From assembly GCA_965223865.1 (NCBI GenBank), contig OZ245020.1, forward strand, positions 1,728,001-1,792,000: a DNA stretch of 64,000 nucleotides. The letters run 5' to 3'. Origin of the DNA: Nitrosarchaeum sp. (GTDB lineage: Archaea; Thermoproteota; Nitrososphaeria; Nitrososphaerales; Nitrosopumilaceae). How positions within the stretch are numbered: position 1 is the stretch's first letter; each line of letters opens with the position of its first letter. The notes under the pieces are model-generated. The model worked only from the letters and a program-made list of their open reading frames with translations, ran no database searches and was not told the origin of the DNA. This document shows positions 10,352-19,608 of the stretch, piece after piece. The position numbers and the translations under genes were made by a program.

Positions 10352-10780
10352 ATGTCAGAAAATCAAGCAAAATCAGGAATTTTAGCAGATGTTAAAGGTG
10401 CTCAAAAAGAAATCAAAGAGGTAAAAAAGATGATACTTCAAAGCGTACAAGAGGAGATTAACGAATTAAAAGAAATCATACAAGAAATCGAGGTAAATTC
10501 GAAGAGAAAGACAGCTGGTGCAAAGAGAAAGACAGCTGGTGCAAAGAGAAAGACAGCTGGTGCAAAGAGAAAGACAGCTGGTGCAAAGAGAAAGACAGCT
10601 GGTGCAAAGAGAAAGACAGCTGGTGCAAAGAGAAAGACAGCTGGTGCAAAGAGAAAGACAGCTGGTGCAAAGAGAAAGACAGCTGGTGCAAAGAGAAAGA
10701 CAGCTGGTGCAAAGAGAAAGACAGCTGGTGCAAAGAGAAAGACAGCTGGTGCAAAGAGAAAGACATCTAAAAGGAGATAA
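10352..10780 (+). CDS. Coiled-coil protein with histone H1-like basic repeat tail (KRKTAGA)x12
   Basis: ATG at 10352 after TATA-like TTAAATTA; heptad-patterned N-terminus and Lys/Arg/Ala-rich C-terminus. Confidence 0.75.
   Translation: MSENQAKSGILADVKGAQKEIKEVKKMILQSVQEEINELKEIIQEIEVNSKRKTAGAKRKTAGAKRKTAGAKRKTAGAKRKTAGAKRKTAGAKRKTAGAKRKTAGAKRKTAGAKRKTAGAKRKTAGAKRKTAGAKRKTSKRR
10502..10765 (+). repeat. Perfect 21-bp tandem repeat AAGAGAAAGACAGCTGGTGCA x12 plus partial unit
   Basis: Directly visible identical units in frame within the ORF. Confidence 0.97.
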
Positions 10781-10832
10781 ACAACATGGTCCAAAATTTA
10801 AGGAATTTATGTTCAAATCAATATGATTTTGT

Positions 10833-12413
10833 ATGAGTAAACTAGAAACCGAATTTTTAAGAGCATGTAATGAGATAACAACGAATTTGCTTACAATAAA
10901 GGAGCCTACTAAAAAACAAGTAAAAGAAGAAATTAAGAAAATATGTGCAAAATATTCTCTTGAAAGAATTCCTAGAAATCACGAAATACTTTCAATGGCA
11001 AAAGATTCAGACTTTTTAAAATTAAGAAAAGTATTGTTGAAAAAACCTGTCAAGACAGCGTCAGGAGTTTCTATAATTGCTTTAATGCCAAAACCCTTTG
11101 CTTGTCCACATGGGAGATGCACTTATTGTCCAGGTGGAGTTGAGTTTAATTCCCCAAATAGCTATACAGGTAATGAACCATCAACTCTAAATGCAATTGA
11201 AAATGATTATGAACCAAAATTACAGATCACTTCTAAAATTAAAAAGCTAATTTCATTTGGCCATGATCCATCTAAAATGGAAATTGTAATTGTTGGAGGG
11301 ACATTTCTATTTATGCCAAAAGACTATCAAGAAGATTTCATAAAATCATGTTATGACGCTTTAAATGGAATAGAATCAAAATCTCTTGAAGAAGCTAAAT
11401 CAAATAATGAACATGCAAAAATCAGAAATGTTGGATTTACAATCGAAACGAAGCCTGATTATTGCAAACAAAAACATGTTGATGCGATGCTAAATTATGG
11501 CATTACAAGAGTTGAGATTGGAGTACAATCATTACAAGAGAGGATTTACAAAATTGTCAATAGGGGTCATGATTATGACGATGTAACAGAATCATTTCAA
11601 ATTTCCAAAGATGCAGGATATAAAATTGTGGCACATATGATGCCAGGACTTCCCACAGTCACTCCTGAGGAAGATATTTCAGATTTTAAAAAATTATTTT
11701 CAAACTCAGATTTAAAACCAGATATGCTGAAAATTTATCCATCATTGGTAATTGAAAACACCCCAATGTATGATGAATACAAGAGTGGAGAATACACTCC
11801 ATACTCTGATGACAAAATGATCAAAGTACTAACAGAAGTAAAGAAAAATGTTCCAAAATGGGTTCGAATTATGAGAGTTCAAAGAGAAATATCACCTAAC
11901 GAGATTATTGCAGGTCCGAAATCAGGTAATTTTAGACAAATTGTGCATCAAAATCTAAGAAAGCAAGGACTTTCTTGTAAATGCATAAGATGCCGAGAAG
12001 CAGGATTATCAAATAATAAAATTAAGGAACAAAAGCTCACATTAAACAGAATAAACTATGAATCATCTGGAGGAAATGAAGTATTTCTATCCTATGAAGA
12101 TAAAAATGAGTCAATCTATGGATTTCTAAGATTACGAAAGCCGAGTGAAATGGCACATAGACATGAGGTAAAAGAAAACTGTATTGTTCGTGAGCTTCAT
12201 GTTTATGGAAAATCGGTAAAAATTGGGGAGAAAGAAGAAAATGAGATACAGCATTCAGGGTTAGGAAAAAAGCTAGTAAAAGAAGCAGAAAAAATTTCGA
12301 AAGAAGAATTTAATGCCAAAAAACTTTTAGTGATTAGTGCAGTTGGGACAAGAGAATATTATCAAAAGATAGGGTATTCGTTATATGGGCCGTACATGGC
12401 AAAATCACTGTAA
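10833..12413 (+). CDS. elp3: tRNA uridine(34) acetyltransferase Elp3 (radical SAM + GNAT)
   Basis: KTASGV, CPHGRCTYCPGG, ETKPDYC, CKCIRCRE, VRELHVYG, QHSGLG. Confidence 0.96.
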   Translation: MSKLETEFLRACNEITTNLLTIKEPTKKQVKEEIKKICAKYSLERIPRNHEILSMAKDSDFLKLRKVLLKKPVKTASGVSIIALMPKPFACPHGRCTYCPGGVEFNSPNSYTGNEPSTLNAIENDYEPKLQITSKIKKLISFGHDPSKMEIVIVGGTFLFMPKDYQEDFIKSCYDALNGIESKSLEEAKSNNEHAKIRNVGFTIETKPDYCKQKHVDAMLNYGITRVEIGVQSLQERIYKIVNRGHDYDDVTESFQISKDAGYKIVAHMMPGLPTVTPEEDISDFKKLFSNSDLKPDMLKIYPSLVIENTPMYDEYKSGEYTPYSDDKMIKVLTEVKKNVPKWVRIMRVQREISPNEIIAGPKSGNFRQIVHQNLRKQGLSCKCIRCREAGLSNNKIKEQKLTLNRINYESSGGNEVFLSYEDKNESIYGFLRLRKPSEMAHRHEVKENCIVRELHVYGKSVKIGEKEENEIQHSGLGKKLVKEAEKISKEEFNAKKLLVISAVGTREYYQKIGYSLYGPYMAKSL

Positions 12414-12417
12414 AGAA

Positions 12418-14004
12418 ATGACAGAACAAGAAATTATTGGATTAGGTACTTGGATTGACAAATTAGCTTACGAATTAATAGAAAGAGAAAAAGATCTTGG
12501 ACGGAATTTGGATCTTCTCAAAGTAGAAAGCGGACTTGGAGCATCTGGTGTTCCACATATTGGAAGTTTAGGGGATGCCGTAAGGGCATATGGAGTAAAA
12601 CTTGCACTTGAAAATCTCGGATATAAATCAAAACTAATTGCATATTCAGATGACCTGGACGGTCTTAGAAAAATACCAGAAGGATTTCCAGACTCATTAG
12701 AAGAGCATCTAGCTAAACCAGTTTCATTAATTCCAGATCCATTTGGTTGTCATGAATCGTACGGAATGCATATGAGCAGTATTCTGTTGGACGGATTAGA
12801 TAAAACGGGAATAAAATATGAATTTAGAAGAGCAATTAACACCTACAAGAAAGGATTGCTTAAAGACCAAATACACACAATTCTAAAAAATAGCACAAAA
12901 ATAGGTGATAAAATTTCAGAACTGGTAGGACAAGAAAAATATCAAAAATTTTTACCATATTTCCCAGTATGTGATAATTGTAGTAGATTATACACTGCAG
13001 AATCTTTTGAGTATTTAGAAGATGAAAAGAAGGTCAGATACAAGTGTCATGATGCTGAAATTGGGTCAAAAATGATCAAAGGGTGTGGCCATGATGGAGA
13101 GGCAGATATTACAAAAGATTTGGGAAAATTAGCATGGAAAGTAGAATTTGCGGCGAGATGGGCTGCATTTGACATTAGATTTGAAGCATATGGTAAAGAC
13201 ATCATGGATTCAGTCAAGGTCAATGATTGGGTGGCAGATGAGATTTTAGAATATCCACACCCACACCATGTAAAATATGAAATGTTTTTGGATAAGGGAG
13301 GTAAGAAAATATCAAAATCTTTAGGAAATGTAGTGACTGTACAAAAATGGTTAGAGTTTGGAGATCCAAAATCAATTCTACTGTTACTTTACAAAAGAAT
13401 TACAGGAGCAAGAGAACTAGGGTTTGAGGACATTCCTTCACTAATGAATGAGTATAACGAACTTGAAGATATTTTCTTTGGAAAAACAAAGATAGACAAC
13501 CAAGCAAAATTGATAAAATCTAAGGGGCTATTCAAATATGTTAATCTGTTAGACATTCCCAAAGAGGCAAGCATTCATGTAAATTATAGACTTTTAGTAG
13601 AGTTGGCAAAAATTTTCAAAGAAAATAGAAAAGAAAGAATTATGAAAAAACTTCAAGATTACGGAGTAATTAAAAATCCTGATCCAAAAGTAGAAAAATT
13701 AATTGAATTGGCTGGAAACTTTGCTGATGAATTTGATCAACAAGAAAAAACCAAAATTGAATTGGATGAATCAGCTAAAAAAGCACTAAAGATCCTCTCA
13801 GAAACATTAAGTTCTGAAGGAGAACTAGACGATATCCAAAATACAATTTATCAAATTGCAAAATCAAATAACGTTCAACCAAGAGATTTTTTTAAAATCC
13901 TATATCAAATCATTTTAGGGACTCCCAGAGGTCCAAAGATTGGTCCATTTATTTCAGACATAGGAAGAAAACAAGTAGCAAAAACTATTGCAGAGTATAT
14001 CTAA
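12418..14004 (+). CDS. lysS: Lysine--tRNA ligase, class I
   Basis: SGVPHIGS (HIGH-like), KISKSLGN (KMSKS-like), GKLAWKVEFAARW, GPKIG; likely start at ATG 12418. Confidence 0.96.
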   Translation: MTEQEIIGLGTWIDKLAYELIEREKDLGRNLDLLKVESGLGASGVPHIGSLGDAVRAYGVKLALENLGYKSKLIAYSDDLDGLRKIPEGFPDSLEEHLAKPVSLIPDPFGCHESYGMHMSSILLDGLDKTGIKYEFRRAINTYKKGLLKDQIHTILKNSTKIGDKISELVGQEKYQKFLPYFPVCDNCSRLYTAESFEYLEDEKKVRYKCHDAEIGSKMIKGCGHDGEADITKDLGKLAWKVEFAARWAAFDIRFEAYGKDIMDSVKVNDWVADEILEYPHPHHVKYEMFLDKGGKKISKSLGNVVTVQKWLEFGDPKSILLLLYKRITGARELGFEDIPSLMNEYNELEDIFFGKTKIDNQAKLIKSKGLFKYVNLLDIPKEASIHVNYRLLVELAKIFKENRKERIMKKLQDYGVIKNPDPKVEKLIELAGNFADEFDQQEKTKIELDESAKKALKILSETLSSEGELDDIQNTIYQIAKSNNVQPRDFFKILYQIILGTPRGPKIGPFISDIGRKQVAKTIAEYI

Positions 14005-14205
14005 ATGGCCCATAGCGAGCATAATCGATCAAAAAAGAGTGGAGGTTTTGTTCTGATAATTTTTGGAGCTCTTTTATTGTTTTTAGCACCAAATATCCAT
14101 CCAACTAGTCCTGAATTAGGAGTGATGGCTCTTATCGGCGGAATAATCATAGGTGGTACTGGATTTTATATTCGGTTTATAAAGAACAGACCAAGGCAAG
14201 TCTAA
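14005..14205 (+). CDS. Small two-TM membrane protein
   Basis: Abuts lysS stop; two hydrophobic helices. Confidence 0.7.
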   Translation: MAHSEHNRSKKSGGFVLIIFGALLLFLAPNIHPTSPELGVMALIGGIIIGGTGFYIRFIKNRPRQV

Positions 14206-14242
14206 AGAAACGTTCATCTTCTGGAGCAGGAGGTAGGTCATC

Positions 14243-15046
14243 ATGGGTCTTTTTAGAAAGAAAAAAGAGAGCAAAGATGAAATAATCTCTGAGAAAAGTG
14301 AAGAGTTTGTTCTCAAAGAAGAATTAGAGAAAGAAGTTGAAGATTTGCAAACCCAATTTAGAGCAAAGCAAATAGAGTTTGACGAGATTAAACAAAAATT
14401 ACAAAATGTAAAGGAAGAGTATGACCAGACAGTCATCAATTTGATGGAGGTAAAAAAAGAAACTAATCAGAAAAAAATGGAACTAGATAGAATTCAGATA
14501 GAATACAAAGATATTAAATCAAAAATAGAAAATGCAGATCAACGTTTAAGCCAAAGCAAAAAATCGTTTAGTGAATTAACTAAAGCAGAGTCAGATTTAG
14601 CCAAAATTAAACAAGAAATTCAAGAAATTTCAAAAGAACATGATGAGATAAAATCAAAAATTTCTGAAGAACAAGAAACATTGCATAAAATCCGTACACA
14701 ACAAATTCAAGCACAAGAAGATCTTGAAGAAGTAAACTCTAGACTATACAATGCCAGACATGAATTGACAAATTTGCCTGAAGCTCAATTTGGAAATGAT
14801 ACAGTACTATCTATGAAAGAAAAAGATTTGATTGAAAATGAAACAATCAATCAAAAAGGTACAAGCGGAATTATTGAGGCCGCAAGTGTAGTAGTAGGTT
14901 CTCTAAAATCAAAATTAAGTATGAGAGAAAAGGAACTTGAAACAGTTCAACAACTATTAGAAAAAGAAAGAGAAGAACATGAAAAAACAAAAAATGAGCT
15001 AGAAATGATTAAAAAATCAACAGATGTATCTGAGAAAGAATCATAA
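14243..15046 (+). CDS. Coiled-coil hypothetical protein
   Basis: Long Glu/Lys/Gln-rich heptad sequence; GGAGG SD-like motif upstream. Confidence 0.8.
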   Translation: MGLFRKKKESKDEIISEKSEEFVLKEELEKEVEDLQTQFRAKQIEFDEIKQKLQNVKEEYDQTVINLMEVKKETNQKKMELDRIQIEYKDIKSKIENADQRLSQSKKSFSELTKAESDLAKIKQEIQEISKEHDEIKSKISEEQETLHKIRTQQIQAQEDLEEVNSRLYNARHELTNLPEAQFGNDTVLSMKEKDLIENETINQKGTSGIIEAASVVVGSLKSKLSMREKELETVQQLLEKEREEHEKTKNELEMIKKSTDVSEKES

Positions 15047-15487
15047 TTGCTGAAAATGTTTTTTCCATTTTGATTTAATCTCATCTTCTGTAACACCTAA
15101 ATCATACAACGGAGATGTGACTTCTTTAACATCAAAAACATCAACTAAAACTATGGCATTAATTGGACTTTTGATTCCTTTATGTCGATAATGATTTAGA
15201 ATTTCATTATATGTTTGACCGCTTTTTATGATTTTTGATTTACCTTTAAAGAGAAATCCCTTTCTCAATAAGGGGTCAATTACATTAATTTCAACATCAG
15301 GATTTTTCTCAAGATTTTGTATTGTATCAGGAGAACGAATGTCTGCAAAGGCTAGAGTATTGGAATTCCAACCAATGATTGTTCCTTTTGGAGATAAGTT
15401 TGGAGAAAGATCCTCTGAAACCGTAGCAACATAACCTAGTTTTTGTGTATCTAAAAATTTCTGAATTTGAGGTGAAATCAATCCCAT
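15041..15487 (-). CDS. Pyridoxamine 5'-phosphate oxidase-like (FMN/F420-binding split barrel) protein
   Basis: GYVATVSED..PNLSPKG, TIQNLEKNPDV motifs. Confidence 0.85.
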   Translation of the reverse strand: MGLISPQIQKFLDTQKLGYVATVSEDLSPNLSPKGTIIGWNSNTLAFADIRSPDTIQNLEKNPDVEINVIDPLLRKGFLFKGKSKIIKSGQTYNEILNHYRHKGIKSPINAIVLVDVFDVKEVTSPLYDLGVTEDEIKSKWKKHFQQL

Positions 15488-15526
15488 AAATCAATCAGAG
15501 TGGAATAATTTAATTAATTTTTAATT

Positions 15527-15625
15527 TCATCTCATTGCTTCAGCAGCAATTTGTGAAAAGAAGAAAAACCCAATGCCACCACCAATTATTGCAATCCAAG
15601 CAACAATTTTTTTAAACGTAGTCAT
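15527..15625 (-). CDS. 32-aa single-TM micro-protein MTTFKKIVAWIAIIGGGIGFFFFSQIAAEAMR
   Basis: Translated by hand; ATG start, TGA stop, one hydrophobic helix; below ORF-track cutoff. Confidence 0.6.
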   Translation of the reverse strand: MTTFKKIVAWIAIIGGGIGFFFFSQIAAEAMR

Positions 15626-15663
15626 ATCATTATACAAAAGAACGTATTATTGAATCTAATTGA

Positions 15664-15783
15664 TCATCCATTCTTGGAGCGAACTGGATCGTGCTCTTTT
15701 CCAATATGTTTTGCCAGTTTAATTACATCATCACCAAAATCTTTTCCACAGTACATGCAATCAAATTTAAATTGACTAGACAT
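15664..15783 (-). CDS. 39-aa C2H2 zinc-finger micro-protein MSSQFKFDCMYCGKDFGDDVIKLAKHIGKEHDPVRSKNG
   Basis: Hand translation: F-x-C-x2-C-G-K-x-F...L-x2-H-x4-H; TTTAATAA TATA-like box ~25 nt upstream. Confidence 0.75.
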   Translation of the reverse strand: MSSQFKFDCMYCGKDFGDDVIKLAKHIGKEHDPVRSKNG

Positions 15784-15830
15784 GAAAAATATCAGGAAAG
15801 TATATTATTAAACAATTTTCATCAGAAAAA

Positions 15831-16004
15831 TCATCCATAAATTAAACAATGCTCGCATTCACAGCTTGGTTTTTCTTTTGTTTTTGCAAGGCATTTTTTG
15901 TGTTGTCCTGCTTGACACTGGACACATATTTGATCTAGATTATCTACACTAGTATATTTTTTGGATTGATCAAATCCAAATCCTCCATCTTGGGGTCCAA
16001 CCAT
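15831..16004 (-). CDS. 57-aa Cys-rich micro-protein (...ICVQCQAGQHKKCLAKTKEKPSCECEHCLIYG)
   Basis: Hand translation; CxxC-x4-H-x2-C-x9-CxCxxC pattern. Confidence 0.7.
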   Translation of the reverse strand: MVGPQDGGFGFDQSKKYTSVDNLDQICVQCQAGQHKKCLAKTKEKPSCECEHCLIYG

Positions 16005-16030
16005 ATTACTGATAAACTAAAGTAGTATTT

Positions 16031-16342
16031 CTACTTCACTGAAAGGCCTTCTTGAATTGAATTTCTTAGTTGCTCTCTGTAAATTTCTATGATTCCTCGA
16101 ATTTCAAACATGTCGATAAACCCTCCAGATGATGTACGAGTAGCCTTTAATAGATAGTGCAATGCACCCTCTTCAATTTTTCCAACATAATATCCATACA
16201 GAAAATCCCTTTCTTCTTTGCACTTCCAGACTTGTTTTATGTTTGGAAATGTGTGATGGATCTCAGATGGAATTTCTCTAATTCTCATTTTGATGTATTG
16301 TTCTAGAGATTTTCGAATTGAAGAGTCTTGAAGCAAGATCAT
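16031..16342 (-). CDS. Hypothetical protein
   Basis: 103-aa ORF with normal composition (DFLYGYYVG motif); no function recognised. Confidence 0.7.
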   Translation of the reverse strand: MILLQDSSIRKSLEQYIKMRIREIPSEIHHTFPNIKQVWKCKEERDFLYGYYVGKIEEGALHYLLKATRTSSGGFIDMFEIRGIIEIYREQLRNSIQEGLSVK

Positions 16343-16365
16343 AGGTAATTACAGATACTTGTTTT

Positions 16366-16512
16366 TTAGTCATTATTCTCATCAGTTTTTTTTGAATCAG
16401 GTTTATCCCACAAATGCATCGTCCCACGAATCATGAAAGAACCTACAATAATGGCGACGATGCCACCAATGATAAAAAGGAAAAATGTCCCTATGCTTTT
16501 CAGGCCTGCCAA
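16366..16512 (-). CDS. 48-aa single-TM micro-protein (TTG start)
   Basis: Hand translation: MAGLKSIGTFFLFIIGGIVAIIVGSFMIRGTMHLWDKPDSKKTDENND. Confidence 0.55.
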   Translation of the reverse strand: MAGLKSIGTFFLFIIGGIVAIIVGSFMIRGTMHLWDKPDSKKTDENND

Positions 16513-16561
16513 CAATTACAATATAATTAATGTATAATTATAATTGTCTGATATAGGTAAA

Positions 16562-16672
16562 ATGAACTGCAATAATAAGAAAATTGGGTGTTACCATGAT
16601 GATTCTATCCATTATGAAGGATATGGTAAATGCCTTGTCAAAGGTTGTAAATGTGAAAAATATGAAAAATAG
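16562..16672 (+). CDS. 36-aa Cys/His-rich micro-protein MNCNNKKIGCYHDDSIHYEGYGKCLVKGCKCEKYEK
   Basis: Hand translation; 5 Cys + 2 His; ATTATAAT TATA-like box upstream. Confidence 0.7.
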   Translation: MNCNNKKIGCYHDDSIHYEGYGKCLVKGCKCEKYEK

Positions 16673-16832
16673 AGTAAATTTCTTTTTTAGTTAAGGATGT
16701 AAATAAGTAATTGTTAATCAAAAATAATTTCTTTGTTTTACTTTACAATAATGTACTAAATTGACATATAAGATCATATTTTAATTTAGGAATTCTTTCA
16801 AAATTATTTACAGAAAATCATCAATGCAAAAA

Positions 16833-17168
16833 TTAACCTAAAGAAGATAATTTGTCTTCAAGATGTTTAATCTCATCTTGGTACATCTCTGCTTTTGTTT
16901 GAACAAATTCTTTTTGTGCTTTTATTATTTCAGATAATGCAGTCTTGTAACCTGAATCACTTTCTTTTATAATATCGCATGAATCTAGAGTCGTTATATG
17001 ACCGGTGACAGTAGCTGTTGCTCCTTTTTGATTAAATTTTACAATTCCCCCAAATGCTACAATCATCATAAATCCTGAATCAGCTTTGCATTTGTAGGTT
17101 ACACGGCCAGTTTCAGTGTTAAATAACTGAGTGATCCCGCCTGGCATTTTTGTAACTGTAACTGTCAT
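16833..17168 (-). CDS. Hypothetical protein
   Basis: 111-aa ORF downstream of ferritin; beta-rich N-terminus, coiled-coil C-terminus. Confidence 0.7.
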   Translation of the reverse strand: MTVTVTKMPGGITQLFNTETGRVTYKCKADSGFMMIVAFGGIVKFNQKGATATVTGHITTLDSCDIIKESDSGYKTALSEIIKAQKEFVQTKAEMYQDEIKHLEDKLSSLG

Positions 17169-17212
17169 GAGATTTGAAAAAAATAAGGAGTATTAATGAT
17201 TTTAGAAAGAAT

Positions 17213-17731
17213 CTATGCAGGGGTTTCTGTTGCAGAAGCTTCAGTATCTGCTCCCAAGATCTTGTCTATCTCATTTATTGCAATTTTGTCTCTTCCAATT
17301 AGTTCAAACTTTTGTATTAACGATTCAAACTTTGTTTCTTCCTGAACTTGCTCATTGACAAACCATTCTAGAAATGCATAAGTTGAATGATCCTTGTCTT
17401 TTTGTGCAATTTCAACCATCTTGTGAATTGCAGTAGTTACAGATTGCTCATTTTTTAGAGCGATCTTTAGAATGGATTCAAGAGATTTGAAATTACTTAC
17501 AGGTAATTTTGTTGCAGGGATTACAGCATTAATCCCCAAATTATTCAAATAATGAACAATTTTTAACATATGGGTTCTCTCTTCGTCAGATTGGGCGTAA
17601 AAGAAACTTGCACTGCCTTCGTATCCTGTAACCTCACACCAAGATGCCATTGCCATATAGCTATTTGATGCGTTTGCTTCAAGACTAATTTGGTTGTTAA
17701 GTGCCTTTTGCATATTTTTTGTAATTTTCAT
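17213..17731 (-). CDS. Ferritin (non-heme)
   Basis: LNNQISLE...Y, QSDEERTH, NEQSVT, FLEWFVNEQVQEE ferroxidase motifs. Confidence 0.93.
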   Translation of the reverse strand: MKITKNMQKALNNQISLEANASNSYMAMASWCEVTGYEGSASFFYAQSDEERTHMLKIVHYLNNLGINAVIPATKLPVSNFKSLESILKIALKNEQSVTTAIHKMVEIAQKDKDHSTYAFLEWFVNEQVQEETKFESLIQKFELIGRDKIAINEIDKILGADTEASATETPA

Positions 17732-17850
17732 TAAATTGAAGACATCTTTCTTAATTAAAAATAGTTTCTGTATAGATAAAAAAACATCCTAAAGAAGACA
17801 TGATCGGCATAATTCAAAATCTTGTGTTATGAAATCTTTAAATTCATTAT

Positions 17851-19119
17851 CTAAAAATTATAAAATCTAGTAATCATAAATACAATTGCAAAACCAATAA
17901 GGAATAAGATTCCTGCCAAACTTAAGATTTTCAGATAAATTGAAGGCTGTAACTCTTTCTTCAAAAATTTTCCAGTAACTAATCTATAGTTAAAAATTGC
18001 AATTATAGGTGCAATCACAAAAGACAACACAGTTGCAAAGTCAACCAGTTCTTTTAGATTATCTCCAAACTGAAATATTACAACCAATGAACCTGTGGAT
18101 ATTATTAACAAAAATAAGATGTAAAACGTACGGACTTTAGTACGAAGAACATTTTCTTTTTTTGTAAAAATTAAATCCACAGTTTGTTGTAAGGACCTAG
18201 AATATCCGTCAAAAACAGCTATGATTGTTCCAAACATGACAGTAAAAGCTGAAGCAGATATTATCAGGTAGCTCCAGTCTCCAATAGTTTGAGTGTAAAG
18301 GGTCACAATTTTGTGCGCAAAATTTGCATTATTGTTGGGTAGTTCTTCACCTGAACCATAGAAGATAAATGCTCCAAGTGTTACAAACATAATGGCAAGA
18401 ATTCCAGTTATCAGATATGCCAATCGAAACTCAAATAGGGTTTCGGTTAATTTTGGCCGATAGTTGGTCTGTTTCATTCTTTCCAAAGTCCACAAACTAT
18501 TCCAACTTGAAAGATCAATGGCAGTTGGCATCCATCCCATCAATGCCAATAAGAAAAATATTCCAGAGGCATTCCAGAGTTCTTTTTGTTTAAAATCAGG
18601 AACTGGTTCTATTGGCCCATTCCACAGAGTAAGCAAAAATGCAGATACCGTAGAAACTAAAAGAACTATTGCAACAATCTTGATCAAACTATCAAGTGCC
18701 TTATATTTTCCAATTGCCAGAATCAAAACACAAATTACAAATAAAATGAAAACGGTCCACTCTCCAAGAAATGCAATTCCAAATAGATTTTCAAAAAAGC
18801 CAGTTGTTACAAATCCAACAGCTCCTGTAACAAAAAACATTGAAGAAATAGTTAAAAGAAAATAAAGCCACAAAGCAGGCTTACCTAATTTCTTATAACC
18901 ATCAATAATGCTTGATTGGGTCACATTTGCGTAACGAGAACCAAATTCAAAGAAAGGATATTTTATCAATGTGGCCAAAATTACAAATCCCAATAACAGT
19001 AAACCAAAATCAGCCCCAGCTCTAGTGGATTGAACAAGATGAGACACTCCAATTGCAGTACTTGCGAATAAAATACCAGGTCCAGCAGTTTTTGAAAAGG
19101 AAGAAAACTTTTCTTTCAA
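17851..19119 (-). CDS. NRAMP-superfamily divalent metal cation transporter
   Basis: GPGILFASTAIGVSHLVQSTRAGA, KYPFFEFG, GWMPTAID, DGYSR motifs; about 11 TM segments. Confidence 0.85.
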   Translation of the reverse strand: MKEKFSSFSKTAGPGILFASTAIGVSHLVQSTRAGADFGLLLLGFVILATLIKYPFFEFGSRYANVTQSSIIDGYKKLGKPALWLYFLLTISSMFFVTGAVGFVTTGFFENLFGIAFLGEWTVFILFVICVLILAIGKYKALDSLIKIVAIVLLVSTVSAFLLTLWNGPIEPVPDFKQKELWNASGIFFLLALMGWMPTAIDLSSWNSLWTLERMKQTNYRPKLTETLFEFRLAYLITGILAIMFVTLGAFIFYGSGEELPNNNANFAHKIVTLYTQTIGDWSYLIISASAFTVMFGTIIAVFDGYSRSLQQTVDLIFTKKENVLRTKVRTFYILFLLIISTGSLVVIFQFGDNLKELVDFATVLSFVIAPIIAIFNYRLVTGKFLKKELQPSIYLKILSLAGILFLIGFAIVFMITRFYNF

Positions 19120-19203
19120 TTTAAAAATCCTTCAAAAAGAAAGCATATAGCCTAAAATTCAAACGAGTTAGAGCAACTTGTATTTCTTCCATGTAATTTG
19201 AAA

Positions 19204-19575
19204 TTAGACAGGGTTAACCTTCCAATTTTCATCAACCCATACGCCAATTACATTAACACCTAAATTCCATGAAGAAATTACCTCCACGCTCTTTTTGACT
19301 TGAGTAAAGTGTTCCTCATTAGATACAGGGTTTCCTGCACAATCAAAGTGGCCAGATACCACAATTAATCCAGATTTATGGGCATTAATTGAGATTGCAA
19401 CTTTTGATTTAATTGATTCGAGATCAGAAGCTCCCGCGACTTTCTTATCTACTCCTGGTTCAGTAATGGCATCAACATAGTCAACTGAATGATTTTCTTT
19501 AATCCAGTTTGCCAATGGAATTTGTATTCTACCATCCATACATGAAATTGATGTGGCAAATTTTCCTTCACTCAT
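19204..19575 (-). CDS. Putative minimal beta-class carbonic anhydrase
   Basis: SCMDGRIQ and GHFDCAG give the Cys-x-Asp-x-Arg / His-x2-Cys zinc motif. Confidence 0.7.
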   Translation of the reverse strand: MSEGKFATSISCMDGRIQIPLANWIKENHSVDYVDAITEPGVDKKVAGASDLESIKSKVAISINAHKSGLIVVSGHFDCAGNPVSNEEHFTQVKKSVEVISSWNLGVNVIGVWVDENWKVNPV

Positions 19576-19608
19576 TATGATCTGATTCTAACAAAGGTCA
19601 TACTTAAA

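Noticed and set aside
10502-10765. Tandem 21-bp repeat considered as a CRISPR array
   Set aside because: Units are head-to-tail with no unique spacers, are a multiple of 3 inside an ORF, and no cas genes are present
10438-10826. Alternative-frame ORFs over the repeat (VFLFAPA, CLSLCTS, SFSLHQL, QRERQLV)
   Set aside because: By-products of a stop-free repeat; only the KRKTAGA frame has a plausible promoter, start and N-terminal domain
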